From Amoebophrya sp. A120 (Eukaryota; Protista; Dinoflagellata): 64,000 bases of DNA. Positions 34,501-45,563 of this stretch are shown here, piece by piece; within the stretch, counting starts at the first letter, position 1; each line of letters starts with the position of its first letter. Position numbers and translations under genes: made by a program. The stretch covers positions 12,471,621 through 12,535,620 of the forward strand of contig CAJINV010000002.1 of assembly GCA_905178155.1 (NCBI GenBank), in the 5' to 3' direction. The notes beneath the pieces were generated by a model. The model was not told the origin of the DNA. It saw only the letters and a program-made list of their open reading frames with translations, and ran no database searches.

Positions 34501-36136
34501 CGTCTCCGAAGAAGTCCGTGAAAAATTTCACGTGATGCGTGCCGATGTCCGCATTTTCTGCAGACGCGCGAAAAGATTGCAGAAAACGCACTCGCGAGGA
34601 CTCCGGGCGATCCAGAAGCAGTGCGCGTCCGCCATCGACTGGAGAAAAAATTTCCTTCTTTGTCACGCCAAACTTTTGCAACAGCCGCCGGTTCACAAAT
34701 GCGATGAGGTGCATGCTGCTTTTCGAAAATTGTTCCGGCGGGTAAAACTTTAGCGACAAGGCGGGATACACTGCGAACACATCTTCCAGGACCGAAGGCT
34801 TCCGCTTCAACAATAGCCCGGACCTCTCTGTATTTGCATTGCGCTTTTTACATTGCGCGTTGGCTTCTTCAAAGACACCGGCGCGGTCCGGTACGGGCTC
34901 TCCGTCTTTGACGTCCGCGACGATGGCCGTCCACAGTTCCGACCCCTCCTCTGTATCAGGTTCGAATGTGTAGTAGGTAGCCGCTGCAGCTGCGTCCTCG
35001 CTGCTTGCCAGAGACGGTTCCATCTGAACCTGATGTTGGCTACCGTAGTGAAGACAAAATTCTTCTCCTTCCATTGGCGGCGCCACTTCGTTCTGCAGCA
35101 ACATGGAGAAGAGAAGACGCTGCTGCTCAGCGGAAATCGTCCCATCCCCGCTGAGGGCTTCGCCAGAACCCAGGACCGCTTTGGTACCTTGCAGCAGGTC
35201 TTCTGCGATCATAGGTCGCAGCAACTCCTCAAAAGCCTCTTCTCGCACTCGCACTTCGGCCTCTTTTTCCTTCGCAGTCGCCTGCTTTACAACCGTACCT
35301 TTGTTGAACTGGCCCGCCGGTGCACGCATGGCGCCGAAGAAGTGCAGGAGAGTGAGAAAGCTCGGGAAACGCAACGTCTTGAACTTTACGGTGTGGGTAA
35401 GCCCATAATCCAGCAGTTTTTGGCCGTGCACGAGCGACAACAGGAAAAAGCTCACCGTGCCGGTACTGTCGTAGAGCAAGTTCTGTTTCGTGGTTCGCTT
35501 GTGCGCCAGGGCACGCTCCAGGAGATAAGGGGCGAGCTCGTAGGAAAAGTCACGGTTGGAAAAGCCCCAATGCAACGGGTTACGGTCGAAGGGTAACTGC
35601 ATGCCGCTTTTCTTCAACGTGAGGGGTGTATCGTACACATCGAAACGAGCTCCGTATTTTTCGACACAGAGACGCACGACCGACAGTGGGGCGTCCCTGC
35701 AGACGTAGAAAAAGAGAGTTTCGCCCTTCGTGTTGTCGATAACGTGGTTTAGATCGACGTTAAAAGTTTCCACCGCATAGGCAAACAACTCTGCCGCCCA
35801 TTTGGAGTGCGTGAAACTCGGAGAGACAGTAAGAGTGTACTTGAGTTCTTCTCGGGCAGCCTCTGCTAGAGTTTTGTCCGGCTCCGGTTTTTGGTTTTGC
35901 AAAGCCCCGACCTTGCAAATTTCATGCCACGCCTCGATACTCTCCCGCAGATGCGCTTTTTCTTTCGCCAAGTCATACGAGGCCGGTTGCTGCTCGCTGG
36001 ATTCTCGTAAGAGCTTGTACAGTGCCTCGCGCGCCTCAGCAGATTTGAACCTGAGTTTCAATTGCTCATCCTGCTTCTGCCGTTGTTGCTGATCTGCGCC
36101 GAGAACGGGCTGCTTGCCCGTTGCGGTTCGGCTCAT
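31541..36136 (-). CDS. Large ankyrin-repeat-containing protein (1531 aa)
   Basis: Single long ORF with ankyrin-like segments (GETLFFY, NPLHWG, TLLHLAV, SALFLAAERG, TPLVAAC...VRWLLEHGA). Confidence 0.75.
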   Translation of the reverse strand: MSRTATGKQPVLGADQQQRQKQDEQLKLRFKSAEAREALYKLLRESSEQQPASYDLAKEKAHLRESIEAWHEICKVGALQNQKPEPDKTLAEAAREELKYTLTVSPSFTHSKWAAELFAYAVETFNVDLNHVIDNTKGETLFFYVCRDAPLSVVRLCVEKYGARFDVYDTPLTLKKSGMQLPFDRNPLHWGFSNRDFSYELAPYLLERALAHKRTTKQNLLYDSTGTVSFFLLSLVHGQKLLDYGLTHTVKFKTLRFPSFLTLLHFFGAMRAPAGQFNKGTVVKQATAKEKEAEVRVREEAFEELLRPMIAEDLLQGTKAVLGSGEALSGDGTISAEQQRLLFSMLLQNEVAPPMEGEEFCLHYGSQHQVQMEPSLASSEDAAAAATYYTFEPDTEEGSELWTAIVADVKDGEPVPDRAGVFEEANAQCKKRNANTERSGLLLKRKPSVLEDVFAVYPALSLKFYPPEQFSKSSMHLIAFVNRRLLQKFGVTKKEIFSPVDGGRALLLDRPESSRVRFLQSFRASAENADIGTHHVKFFTDFFGDEWTNHVTESLIKTDRFRGTNKDETPDETRATFKKQHNDLRDTWRKEVKAAATAATTPVIAESKKEEPEPAPEALLLTPRRAGTVPAVHVSRWQHLHWMLRHFPTQDVNFAFVVSAIGSAAFSALHWTSYFGKVAHDPDLFVGYEFRNVKAHVKRYFLDASKRRGGVQSPELALAQARCHKLEFLCHPQKAHLSKIDVLLEEMSVNTRAAVGATPIVSALNSLSRTGIPDDIAAESVVHLLLRGAVPGLVTSRTRDRACLKKLEPDSRNKLTDLIKAELKKIIDIEMPALWKMATGAVSSFYTKTASTASPTTGTATAANNDPDSSLLRQCAEQMRSLLEKKIAVPTSFSGLLGARLGLGQLTKPSPTESEQYLPSLGCLLDIHNFTAPPGSTVPQENSNCGGGTLLHLAVSLLPVLDEKATAQQKSSIQGQHKKGAQLVEWLLKNEDPRCRVDLFRLDHTLSRSALFLAAERGATAVMQVLLDFAATADGRKQFEARARMLPPPVFVPSLTAGGTRPPTPRQDQISPALADDASVVSAKRRKLEAGLSSAATAVAAASSATSRLGPPPATAQSSMLTQPKLFVESQERSATIDAVDGVSLKLGWTSTAKKAGHEGILQKAAAGGAVTVRAGLTAAQLWLVNQVDRSAEPATPLVAACDSKQVGAVRWLLEHGAVKPEQAPPGVGVKPKSPALQQTGTATAASSTVGANNKSKAKAKTKQSAPVVSAASERFAKRQRGEDGQQLTQRQQRNAQQDAVAAEFQQQQEQLRSANSTANKRGRPKVAPSIIQSNPLLNNGTLQLNAAQQQVQVAGTGAPTLHFLPQTSMPQYAAAGASSPPVEEPVYQELWGPDEQVVEREWEVRVVQRPDGETIPDAPDHIKLLMEFFDPNDPDVIIPYGCPEYAAFLNYVSKQGFYIGWPDHTEFDKKLMDEQEKHGRVLGVRWGGKEAEEVLNRYAAAQAGKHKGVLHAPPSTGKKNGVKPPSVRVN

Positions 36137-37268
36137 GATGTACTTGAATGGCGGTGGTATTCCTTCGTTACTAGCAGCCCTCGCTGCATCTGCGACTCCT
36201 GGATATTGTCGCTACTGCGCCATTTCCAGTGGAATGGCCAGTTCGGTGGTTGTGGTGTTTGTCATGTTTTCGTCGTACCACATCGATGTCGCTAAAGAAA
36301 TCTAAGCCGTTTTTGAATCATACACTTACATTTTTAGCCATCGGACTATCGGAGCATGCAAGCCGACCTGGTCTTCATCTGGAGAACCTGGACTTGTGCT
36401 CCAGTCCTGTGTCGTGGTCGCTACAATTAAGTAAATCATCAATCGAAAAACCAAGGCAAACGCTTACACTCTTCTACAGTCACTGTACAATAATGATGTA
36501 TTTCAATTTTCCTAGCTACAAGATTGTTGGACTTTTCTGGTAGAAGTAAGCGCGACGAGTTTTTGTTCGTTCTTGTTTCACTCGGAACAATACGAGCGCT
36601 TGAGTGAGTCCAGTCGAACTTCCAAATCAACACACAGTGCGAAATGGAAATTGCACTACTTGGTGATTTTCTTCGTCTCTCAACGCAATATCGAACAGGA
36701 TCGTGCTTTTGCTTTCCCTTGCGGGGAACGAGGAAGATTGCCAACAAGGACTCTTGTTCTGACTCCCTGATGGTTCGAGGAAAGATCTTAGATACCAGAT
36801 AGGACACTCCAGCTACGGAGGACAGCAAGTCCTTCGACTTCGCCGTCAAGGTGCAAAACCACGCCTCAACTGTTGCAAATTCGTATCGCGATTGCTTGAC
36901 TGTCCCCCGCAAATACTTGAGCAATACCCGCTCCCGCTAGTTCAGTCTGCATGAACGTTGCGCTCTTATCGTACAAGGGAACATCTTGAACAGCATTGCT
37001 TCGTAGTCGCACTGCAACAACTTGATCTGATACTAGATCTTACTCGCGCTCGTCGGTCTCCTTCTTTCGTCTGCGAGCCATGGATAACATGAGGATCGTA
37101 TATATTTTGCGCAATAGTGTCTTGCAGATGATCATCGTGTCGCAGGCGCAGCCGCGCGAATCATCATCATGAGAATACTTGTTTTGTTGCGTGACAAGAA
37201 CTGCAATTTTTGAAATTCTTCTTCTTCATAGCAAAGAATTCGTCTTAAGCAAGGCCAAGAGCCTCCCT

Positions 37269-38615
37269 TCACACGACGAATGCTTGCCTCCAGGCGGCGA
37301 GCATGAGAAGGAAGAAGAGCACGACGATCAGGTACAGCACGTACATCCACAGTGGGGTGGGCGCACTCTCGTCCTCTCGAAACCGGGCGCACTTGGTTTG
37401 GAAGTACTCGGGGAAGACCTGCTCCCCGATTAGCTTTGCCGCGTCTATGTTCACGGTACACCTGGCGACCTATCCTGCGTAAAAACGTACCCACACCAGA
37501 GTCAGGATGGGGATTTTGCAACACAAGCCTAGGAGTTTTGTGAGTCACGCATGGCAAGTTGCACTCTGCAGTGTAGTGCAGGTTAGCAAGTGCAGCCGCG
37601 TCACGGATTCGTCTGCTCATCCTGTTCACAGCATCACAAATTCCAAAACACGATTGGAAATGGGTCTCATGCGGATGCGCATTACAAGTCTTCCTGTCTT
37701 TGCAAATCTGCATTACAACTCTGGTGTGGGTACGTTTTTACTCAGGATGCGACCACGAACTGAATCATGCACCCAGCCTCTCGGTAGTGCTCCACCTCCA
37801 AGTTCAGGGCCGATGTCCCCGTGCTGTAGACCGCGGTAATGTCGTCTAGAGAAGAAGAGATCGTCACTGGGCTCTTTATGGCGGAGGCTGCGTGCGATCT
37901 TCCGGATTCCGTTCCTGTTTTTGTAGTCTCAGAAGCGGCTGACGCACCGGAACCGCTTTTCATTCTGTCTATTTCAGTCGCCTGTCTGAGAGTCATTTCC
38001 TCCTCCCTCCTCAGTTCTGAGTGACCGACGGCGAGCGCACTTTCGAGGCAGTGGACGAGGCCATTCGTGAACGCTTTGCACTTGTCCACGTTGTTGTAGT
38101 CAAAGGCGCCGTCGAGAAAGAACTCGAGACGTATCTTCTCATCGTTGAAGCCGGGTTGAAACTGCCTCGGGCCCCAGATCCGAATGTCGGAGAGTGGAAA
38201 CGAGGTGCCAAGCGCCGAGACCTGACGTAGATCGATGATAAAGTCAATGTGCTTGTTACTTCTTAGTGACTTTTTTTGCAATGAGTAATCCAAAAACAAC
38301 CAAAACTAGTGGAATCAATAAATTAATAAGGTTCACATATCAAAAACTTGTACTTACCTCAAACGTGCCGGACTTGGCGTAGTCGCTTATTGGGGACCCC
38401 TCTGCGTTTTTCCACTGTTCAAAGATGAGCTCATTGGCGCTGCGGCATATCCTCTGCAAGTTTTCGTTGACCTTTACTCCACCGTGCGGGTTTCGTGTTA
38501 TTCGGGAGGCCTTCCTCATCTTCGCCGACGTAGAACCTCCTGCTCCGCTCGACGGTGTGGTTGACCCCGAGGACGCCGTGTCACCCGTCAGCGACGCGAG
38601 CTCGACTTCCGTCAT
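37269..38615 (-). CDS. Hypothetical protein with C-terminal TM anchor, interrupted by a family B element
   Basis: GTAAGT intron after SGTFE. ORFs 37742-38299 and 37269-37454 fuse in frame (IQFVVARCTVNIDAAK) after removing 284 nt. C-terminal LWMYVLYLIVVLFFLLMLAAW. Confidence 0.7.
37471..37749. mobile_element. Introner/MITE-like element, family B copy 2 (279 bp)
   Basis: 32-bp TIR TATCCTGCGTAAAAACGTACCCACACCAGAGT; TSD CGACC at 37466-37470 and 37750-37754; same length as and collinear with 6644-6922. Confidence 0.93.
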
Positions 38616-39907
38616 TTCTGCTGGGCGGAGTAGGGGCCGACCTGCACCGGCAAACGAGGTAGTTGGAGAGTGCACGTGTGCGGGAATATTTTTGCGAAGC
38701 TCAGTCTCGTTGCTTCGTGGTCCTCTGCTAACGTCGGTGTCGGGCAACATGAACGATGTTGTATAGCACACGGAAATCGCGGAGGATCGAGACCAAACGA
38801 ACAGTACAAGATATCTTTTTGGCTGCTTATTTCTACGAGGCCGGGGTGGAAACTGCGCGGCGGAGAAAAGGCTATACGTATGCTACTGGAAACTCTGACA
38901 CAAAACCTGTTCTTGGTAAAGCTGCTGGGCCTGACCACTCTACATCAGTCTCTCTTGCGGGATCCGCATTGGAAAAGTCAGCTATGAAGGTCAAGGTTTC
39001 TAGTTGTGATCAACGTCAAGGTAGTTATATCAGAACTGCATAACTTAACTGAGTCATTCATGAATGGATACAGCGTTCTGGAAATATCGAAAAAACTGAA
39101 AAAAACTTCGCCCTGTTTGAAGAAAGTCCGTAGATTGACAATGACATTGCTCGAAGTTTCCGGATAGTAATGATGCTGATCTGTTGTCGCTGAATACAGC
39201 TACGCCTCCGTCTGCAATAACAGTCAAAAAACCGAGAACCGAAACACCAGGAGGTCTGAGGTAGATGTTGACTCTTGGCCATTTGTGGCTTGAACTAGAA
39301 CACTGGTGAGACTGCATCTCCCTGGGAATGCCATCAAAGGCAGAACTTCAGTCGTGCTGTCAAAAAATCGCATTTTGATTTTCCTTTTTCTCCGAGGAAA
39401 ACTATTCATTGATGCTAGGCTGTGTTCTTTCAAAGTTGCATTTACGATGCTCATGAAAACGCCGTGCTATAGCTGGTTTGACCCAAGGCCAAGTTACACT
39501 GCAAGCACGAAAGAATGCTGCTTCCTTATCCTTTGTCTCATCCGTTTTTGGTACATTTTCCGATTATTCAACAAAATGTGTTCCGACACATGAGCCTGGA
39601 TTATTTTGTGCGAAAGCTATTGAAGTCCAAAGCATTCACGTGGATACCCAAAAATCATTCAACCAGATGAATCAATCATGCACGTCGTTGTAGATTACGA
39701 ATCAATGTGATGTGTTCGAGGAGCTAGTGCTAGCGTATGTCCGCCTTCGTGGCATTCATTTGATTTACCTTCTTGTTTTTAGGTGGGGCATTAGCAAGAA
39801 TCGGTACGAAATGTTTCGCAAGAGGATCCTGCGAAAATCTTCGTTCCCGACAATGACAAAAAGCTTCTACACGAACGCTCCATGCAGCGTTTTTTTCCTT
39901 CCAAATG

Positions 39908-42900
39908 CTATTTCCATGCAGTAGGCGTCGTCGACCCTGGTCCCGCAGTGCCGCGCTGCTGCGACGTGCTTACCAGCATGTTTGCATAGTTGATCCCGGT
40001 GAAATTTGGCACTTGAATCTTGGGGTACATCCCCAAGAGCGGCGTGACTTGCCCGGGTCGGCTCGTCCCCGGCGTGCCGATGCTGAAAGCTGCGGCAGGA
40101 GGGAGGGTGCTGCTCGCGCTGGAAATGGCAGTACTGCCGTTTTTCGGTTGCTGTCCACTTCCAGTGGATTTGCTGTTGTATCTGGACGAAGAGGACGACG
40201 TCGTGGCAGACGGTGCCACCAATGGGTACAAATTAGTTTGCCCGCCAGCGGGCTGCGCTCGACTACTGGTTTTGGTCGGATTATAATTTGTGCCTGTAGA
40301 GGTTCCAGTTGTTCCCGTCGGTGTTCTTGAGCTTCTCGTTGCGGTTGCGCTCCCCGCAGAAGTGTTGTTCCAGACTCTCCGAAGGTCCATCGCGGTCAAC
40401 GGCGACGTGGTGTTCGAGATCCGGCGCTGCGCTTGCGCTGTGGTGGGAGCATGTTGTTGACCGGTCGCTGTAGATGTAGCGCCAATGCTGTGCCTACTGA
40501 CTGCCACGACAGGATGATCGGCCTTCGTACTACTCGACTCGTTTGCCACCTCGTGGCTGTCCGCCGAAGTTCCCGCGTCATGCTTCGTCCCGTCGATATC
40601 GAGCAAAAACTGCAGTCGCTCCTTGATGTCGCTTTCTGTGGAGGACAGTGACACCGTGTCAAGGTCTTTATTCACACCTCCTGCAGACGCTAGTCCGAAC
40701 GCGCTGTCCGGGTTGTTAAGCTGGATCAACCCGGACGAAGGGAATGCAGTGCCGGTCCCTGCACCGGCGGAGCCACTTGTTCTATCGTCGCCCAACAGGT
40801 TCTTCATATTTCCCGCAGAAAGGCCGTGCAATTGGTCCAGGCCTCGATCCCGGGGTGCCTCCTTGAGCATCAGAGCCGGGCTCCCGTGGTTATCGGGTTC
40901 GTAATCCTTTACCAACTCGCGGGCCTGCCTCGAACTAATTTCCTGCACGAGAAACCTGGGCTGCTGTGGCGTCTTTCGAGCGGACGAGGAGGCGAGGGAG
41001 CTGCGCGCGACTGAAGTTGGAACCAATGGTGTAGAAACCCCGGACTGGTTGCCCCCCTGATTGTACCCTCCTGGTGTGCTGGTGCTTGTCCGTGGCGGCA
41101 CGTCGGACTTCCCGCCGGGCAGGGAACTCATCACCGACTTGTAGCCGGACGAAGTGCGCGTCGCGCTGCCGCTCGCACTTGTCGTGCCTCCCGTGGCGGG
41201 TGTAACAAGCTGGTCTATTCTACTTCTGTAGTTGCTAGCGCCCGTCGTTGCTGCCGCCGTCATCGCCTCGACGGTCGAAATTTCCCTAGTTGTACTTGTC
41301 GCGGACGCCGCCGCACTGCCACCAGCTTGCGCCGCAGGTTGAGATTGGTTTGGTTCCCCAAGATCCTCTGTCCTTGACCCTCTCGCCGTCAAGAAGCCTT
41401 CGTCGGATGCGACCTTGCTAGCGCTCGGTGGCGGCGATTCGCGCTGTTTCCTTTCTCGCGCAGTCAGGAATCCCGCGCGACTCGTGTCTTCGCTGACAGT
41501 GCTGTAGAAGTGAAACGCAGGATCGGCCGGACGGGAAGAATTGGTCTGCTCCGCGGCGGACTTATGTTCCGTCGAAGCTGCTCCCACCGCATTCGGAGCA
41601 GCTGCGGTCGTCCTGGAACTCGTGGCTGCAGCAGCCGACGTGTAAAAGGGCTTCCCTTGTTCCCTCCTTCCATCAACCGCATTCTTCGCGTCCGAGACCG
41701 CGGACGAAGACGAAGCTGAGGACGAGGACCCGGCAAGAATACCGTTCCAGTCGTTCCGCGGTTTGAACACGCCCCCAACCTGCATCGGCGAAGCACGGTT
41801 TACCCTGGTTGTCAGTGCGCGGGGGGAGACGTTCTTTGCAGGACTGGACGACTTTGCACGCGGCGCAGAGCTAGAACCAGAAGTGCTGGCACCTTCATTG
41901 TCGAGAACAACATCTCTTCTACTTATTCCGTCGGCACCAGCGCGGCTCGGCCTCGCTGTCAGCGGCATCGCTGTCGTCGGGTAGTTCGTGGTAAACGGAG
42001 AGGATAATTTTTTCGGTTGGCCATGTTGATTTACCGCAGTCAGCCCCGCAAACAAGCGCTTGTTCGCATCGCCCGGTGGTGCCCCGATCGTGTTTCGGTC
42101 GACCATTCGAAACCCGCCTGAGGAAATGAATCTATTTGCTGCCATGGGCGGTCCAGGCTTGGGAATGCTTGCGGGATCGTCGAGGTCTTTGATGTCGTAC
42201 GAAGTGCCGCTGGCGGACGCGTTGAAAGGGTCGTGGTTGATCAAAATGGTTTTCTCGTCCTTCTCCGTTGGGCTAGAGTTGGTGACGTGCGACGAGGAGG
42301 ACGAAGAAGACGGAAACGCAGGGGTGCAGTACCCGTTTGCGCTGCGACTGGTCAAGTCCACGAGGTGCAGCTTCGCGCTACCGCCAAACTGAGAACTTCC
42401 CGAGAGAAGATCCTGTGTTGGCGAAGGCCGGGAGGAATTCGGGCCGCGGGAACCGCTCGAAGGATTAGTGCCGCTGGACCCTGATAGAATCGTGCAGTTG
42501 AGATTTATTTTCAACGAGCAGGGAATAATATCACTCAATCCCTAAAAACTGCCCTACTTAGAATTGCTAGCTTATCTTCCCTGCAAATACGGTAATACAT
42601 AAATTTTCACGGTGAAAAATGCTGGGCCGGAACCGACTCACTAAGAACCTACCAGGCGTGGCTCCTCGCGGCGACACGAACTTCGAGACCGCGCTCAGGG
42701 GCGAAGCTTGAGACCGTGGCGGAAACTGGATTGGCGTCGAGTAGTTGGACGGCCGGGATGAGCCAGTCTCTACCTGCTGCACCTATTTTTCTTTTTGCTT
42801 TTTGTGGCATAGCAAAATGACGCAAAGGGGGTCGTGAAACGTATGACGATTAGCAGATCGTAGACACAGCGACGTGCACACGAACTTAACGAATGCAACC

Positions 42901-44777
42901 GGTTCTTGTTCTTTATCTTTACTTCTGCAGCACACGACAAAAATCAATAAATTTCTTTTTGTCTCGGTTAACAGCATAGACACGTTGTACCTGTTGCTTC
43001 AGTGCCCGGATCATGGTGTCCTTTTCCTTCATCTTGAGCTCTTGTATTTCGTAGTCTCTTCGAAGTTTCTCGAACCCAGTTTGCAAAGTTTCCTTTTCCT
43101 TTTTTTCCACGACCAGCATACTTTTGAGCCTGTTCTGCTCCACCGACTCAGCGCCGCGTTTACTCGCGGCAGAGAAATTCACGGAATTCAACCGACTGCC
43201 GAATTGCAACGTTTGCAGTGTCTCCTTTTGACACGAAACGCTGGGCGAAAGCGTGATCAAGATCACGGTTCTGCTATTCCCGTCGTGTTTGCCCAGACTG
43301 TCCTGCAGTAGATGAGTCAGCTTGGAATTTCGGTACGGAATATGCGCGATTTTCCTCTCGAAGGCCCAGATCACGTCTTGCAGTGCGGAAAGCGATTTGT
43401 TGATGTACTGTGCTTCTTTCAAACGATCGCCTGTAACCTCGGATTTTTTCACCCGCTCGGACCCGGCCAGGTCGACGAAGGAAAGCTTCCCGGTTTTCTT
43501 CAGCTGCGTTGCGCCGCCCGCAGCTCCTACTTTAATAGCGCCAGTCGTGCCAGAAGCCACGAGGTTTCGCGTAGCCGCGGACGGCGAGCAGGTGGTCGCG
43601 CTTTTCGTGTACGTCGTGATCCACAGTGTCAGAATCAGATGCGACCGCGAACTGTGCTCGTGCACGTTCGTTGCGAACGTCGCCCGATTGTCGTGGCCGA
43701 GCTTGAGAATCCGGGCCAAGCTTGACTGGATCCGCGCGTTGTCCAGCCGAAGCCGCTTCGCGCCCTGCACCTCCGTAGTCGCGTAATTGTCGTCGCTGCT
43801 GCTCGACGCCCCTTGTCCCACGATTTTCAGGCTCGAAGCCGTGTTGGCTGAGTTGTGGCTGGGGAGTCCCGCGGGTGTGGTTAACAAAGAGCTGCCGTTT
43901 GTTCCATTGCCGCTCGTGTCGAGCAGATCTCGGATGTTCTCATTGTAAATTTCCACCAGCTGCGCCTCGATCTCCATCTCCTCGCCTGCTTGAATGCACT
44001 TTTTCCACGCCTTGTCGATCTCCTTGATCGTTTTTTCCATGATGGCATTGCAACTGTAGGTCTTCCCGGTCCCCGTCGCACCATACGCGATCAAAGCGAC
44101 ATTCTGGCCGTCGAAGGCGGCGAGAATCTCTTCGTTCACCGCCTCGAACAGCTCCTGGTTGACCACCTGCGACATCCCGGACGAGGACCCCTGCTCCGGG
44201 AGCGGCGGCGCGAAAATCCGGTCGAAAAAGAACATCTTCGGGTCGCTGTTGGCGGAGTGCACTTCCAACTGCTTTTCCGATACGAATTTCAAGTGGCTCG
44301 CGTCGCTCGAACGGCTGTAGGGCGGGTCTGTGGAACAAGGAAAATGATTCTTTATTCTGAAGCTCAAATTATGACAAAGTTCAAACTCAGCACAGAGCGT
44401 CGACCCGCTAGTATGAGTATCAGAAAGGAATCCAGAACTTTACAAACAACTTTCCCAACAACTTTGATCTCTATACCGACGTCCTGCAGCTCGGGTCGCA
44501 CCCGGCAAAAAACCCGAATGCTGCCCTTCAAGTTATGAAGCATTTTCTTGTACATCAGCCGCTCCTGCTCGCTTCGCAACAACCTAGCCGCCAGCTGTCG
44601 CTCGAGCTCCAAAGAGCTGAAGCGGTTGTAATTTTCGAGCAGGCTTTTGACCTGCGATTTGAAAACTTGAAAGTTTGACTTCAGCTCCTGCACCTCCCGC
44701 TTAGCGTCCCGGGCGTTGCGCCGTTTCTGGAGCGTGGTCAGCTGGTGGTGGTGCAGCATCATCGGTGAGGCTGTCAT
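39908..44777 (-). CDS. Kinesin-14-like motor with long low-complexity C-terminal tail (4 exons, about 1446 aa)
   Basis: LKGSIRVFCRVRP neck, YGATGTGKT, SSRSH and VDLAGSER. Phase-compatible GT-AG introns at 44328-44476, 42783-42990 and 42481-42652 join four ORFs. Confidence 0.82.
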
Positions 44778-45563
44778 CTTGCTGCTCTTGCTTTTTTCGT
44801 TAGGTGTCGATTATAGTCGGATTCAAAAATTCACTATGTGTAGAAACCTCAGGCTCACCAACTTCGCTCCACCATCGAAGCCTACCACTTGGAATCCATA
44901 ACTGCTTTATACATCACGGTAGTTGGTGTCAAACAAGAGCGAACTTGATGTCAATGCAGAATAAAGGCATCGGCGTGTGCAGTAGCTAACGAGTCACGTC
45001 GTAGCCAAATGAAAATGGAAACGGAAGGAGATCGACATGGATGAAAACTTGATGAGGTGCACCATCTTATCTTCCATGTCAATGATTTGCATTTTAGAGA
45101 CGACGACGCACACCAAAATAATTCGTTGAAACGCAAGCTCCGACTGCCTAAGCTCCTCGTCACAAACACTATCTTCGAAACGAAATATTGCGCTCTTTGT
45201 CGAGTGAAGAAGACTCCTTTCCCAGTCAATTTGCTGCCGCGTTTTTCTAAACAGTAAGACTGACAGTACCTCTGCAAGTAAAAGTCGATAAACGAACACG
45301 CCGTTGTCAGCTGAATCGTGGAAGAGCCATCGACTCTCGCAGAAGTTCCGATAGTGTTTGAGCTTAATTTTCTCTTTCTGGAATACAATTCTGTGTGTCA
45401 TGTGTTAGCTGTTGTAGGAGGTCTAATTGAAGATGATACGCTCCTCGACTACAACAAATCAATCTCTCATACGTACCACGGTAGTAAGAGAGCCACGACC
45501 CGGTGACATGTCTAACACAGTTGTAAGTAGATGTGGATCTTGGACCTGATTCGTTCGTCCCCC

